Part shown: in pieces, positions 21,215-22,576 of the stretch | Layout of the letters: each line of letters begins with the position of its first letter | Numbering within the stretch: the first letter of the stretch is position 1 | Source: Promethearchaeota archaeon | Lineage (GTDB): Archaea; Asgardarchaeota; Lokiarchaeia; Sigyniarchaeales; SOKP01 | Length of the DNA stretch: 22,576 nt | Reading direction: 5' to 3' | NCBI GenBank assembly: GCA_048938445.1 | Contig: JBHLME010000071.1 | Span: forward strand, 1-22,576 | Translations under genes and position numbers: made by a program | Notes under the pieces: generated by a model | What the model was told of the DNA's origin: nothing | Database searches by the model: none | The model's input: the letters and a program-made list of their open reading frames with translations, nothing else

Positions 21215-22576
21215 TTACCTCGAAAAATCATTATTCACATCATCTCGAAGGTGCTTGATCAATTGATGAGCTACTTGCTTTTTTGGAATGGTACTCTTCA
21301 AATTTTTATTTCTACTACGTTTCCTATAATTACCATAAATCACTGAAGATCCTAATATTATCCACGATACACCAAATAACATCAATCCACCTGTCAAACT
21401 ATTAATCCACGTTGTCAGATCCGTATCCCATCCTAGAAGGGCTCCACCCGCAATAGGTATGATCGAACTCGTTAATCTTACTCGCCAAGTTATTAAACAA
21501 TCCATGGCATGAGGCGTTAATCCAAATTCATCTAGTAAAAATAATCTTTTTTCTTCATTATTTACTGCGTTTCGCCACAATTTATTACCTTCATTATTTA
21601 CAAGAGAATATGGATTATTTATATCCCATAAAGCCCTCATAGCTGATTCTGACATGTTTGTAGGAACGGGATACCCCGCTTCCAATCCTTTTATCCCAGA
21701 GGGAAATCCAGGAACTATATTGAATTGAGCAATGTCAATTCCATCGGGGAATATAATGCAATTTGCCCATTGATTGAGGAAAAAATATACTGCCATTTCA
21801 GTGTTATTCATACCAGCAGCTCCCGGAAAAAATGAAGAGAGTAAAGGGTGGTTTAGATTTTGAGGGACCACTTCTTTAACATAATACTCTCTATAATACC
21901 TAACAAGGATATCAAGTTTGTACCATGTAGTACCATATCCATCAGCAAGTTCTTGCTCTTTTTCTGGAATGCCTTTAGCCTCATCGTATAAAGTGAGTAG
22001 TGCCCACCATCCTTCTGGACTATAGGCACCCATTTCATCATAAACTACGCTACAAATTCCGGGTAACTCTTCAGTACCCCCAATTAAGGCATATTTTGCT
22101 TCTCCAAACAGTAAATCTTCTCCTGCCCATTGAGAAATACCCCAAATTTCGTAAGGAATATATGGTGGAAAGGAACTGGTATAAGTCAATAGAGCATCAT
22201 GAAAATTAGGTAATAATAGATGTGGATAATTAATATAATCAAAATATGCTGCAAGCAATGCATCTGGTCCCAGTCCTATTGTAGGTAAAAAAGTTGTTAT
22301 TAAATTAAATAAAACTTCTAAAATAGATCCTGTTCCGCTTAACAACGAACCAAAGGGAGCAGGATTGTACATTAATCCCACGGTTTCTACAAAATTTGTC
22401 ATATCAATTACATCTTCAATCACGGGTAGAGCTAGTTCTTGAGCAATTATTAAGATTTCATCTACACTATCTTCAATAAAATTGTCGATCATATTATTTG
22501 CTAACGGACCAGCAATCATTGTTGAAGATCCAAATATTAAACATATAACTGAAGCAAGTGCTACTTTTTTTGACAA
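21215..22576 (-). CDS. Hypothetical membrane-anchored protein (N-terminal hydrophobic segment, large extracytoplasmic domain, C-terminal TM plus basic tail); 5' end at or just beyond the window edge
   Basis: The ORF is open to the window edge and the 'M' is a TTG at 22576. The N-terminus is 'KKVALASVICLIFGSSTMIAG'. The C-terminal TM 'LTGGLMLFGVSWIILGSSVIYG' is followed by 'NYRKRSRNKNLK'. Its stop is 3 nt from the next gene. No family recognised. Confidence 0.7.
   Translation of the reverse strand: MSKKVALASVICLIFGSSTMIAGPLANNMIDNFIEDSVDEILIIAQELALPVIEDVIDMTNFVETVGLMYNPAPFGSLLSGTGSILEVLFNLITTFLPTIGLGPDALLAAYFDYINYPHLLLPNFHDALLTYTSSFPPYIPYEIWGISQWAGEDLLFGEAKYALIGGTEELPGICSVVYDEMGAYSPEGWWALLTLYDEAKGIPEKEQELADGYGTTWYKLDILVRYYREYYVKEVVPQNLNHPLLSSFFPGAAGMNNTEMAVYFFLNQWANCIIFPDGIDIAQFNIVPGFPSGIKGLEAGYPVPTNMSESAMRALWDINNPYSLVNNEGNKLWRNAVNNEEKRLFLLDEFGLTPHAMDCLITWRVRLTSSIIPIAGGALLGWDTDLTTWINSLTGGLMLFGVSWIILGSSVIYGNYRKRSRNKNLKSTIPKKQVAHQLIKHLRDDVNNDFSR

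Noticed and set aside
98-22209. Short ORFs nested antisense or out of frame inside larger genes (98..307, 1076..1393, 1484..1753, 2260..2487, 2572..2778, 3224..3472, 6315..6527, 10197..10418, 10415..10705, 15275..15520, 15959..16150, 19065..19397, 21853..22041, 22000..22209).
   Set aside because: All lie within, or largely overlap, longer ORFs that carry recognisable family motifs. Their compositions are typical of AT-rich shadow frames. No independent support.
1-22576. CRISPR arrays, tRNA or rRNA genes, and defence-system hallmarks (cas, restriction-modification, toxin-antitoxin pairs).
   Set aside because: No regularly spaced direct repeats were found, and the AT-rich intergenic regions contain no GC-rich cloverleaf-like islands. 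No ORF carries the corresponding motifs.

Overview
This is a 22.6 kb, strongly AT-rich window (roughly 30% GC by eye) with genes on both strands. Oligo-T tracts follow several genes, GGAGGT/AGGTG-type ribosome-binding motifs precede some starts, and TATA-like boxes sit about 25-30 nt before others. That pattern fits an archaeal chromosome. Two proteins carry eukaryote-like domain signatures, one gelsolin-like and one longin-like, so my best guess is an Asgard (Lokiarchaeia-like) archaeon. That taxonomic call is inference only. Left third: a truncated membrane protein, a small unknown protein, a translationally coupled extended-SDR/aldehyde-dehydrogenase pair, a small class I methyltransferase, and an AMP-forming acyl-CoA synthetase interrupted by one in-frame TAG. 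Middle: envelope and glycan genes (an HGSNAT/DUF1624-like acyltransferase, a small membrane protein, a sugar-phosphate nucleotidyltransferase). These are followed by a lone TnpB (IS200/IS605 OrfB-type RNA-guided nuclease) with no TnpA, an 81-aa ORF, a longin-like/wHTH protein, and two tandem paralogous small basic proteins. Right third holds the most interesting block, a co-directional cluster at 13400-19626. It encodes a 1293-aa repeat-rich secreted PKD protein ending in a sortase-type tripartite C-terminal signal, an archaeosortase/exosortase-like membrane enzyme, a gelsolin-like domain fused to a polytopic membrane domain, and a CDP-alcohol phosphatidyltransferase. After that comes a convergent two-gene operon encoding anchored extracellular proteins, one of them a metallophosphoesterase with a degenerate metal site. 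I found no rRNA, tRNA or CRISPR array. All family calls rest on motifs read by eye; no database search was possible.
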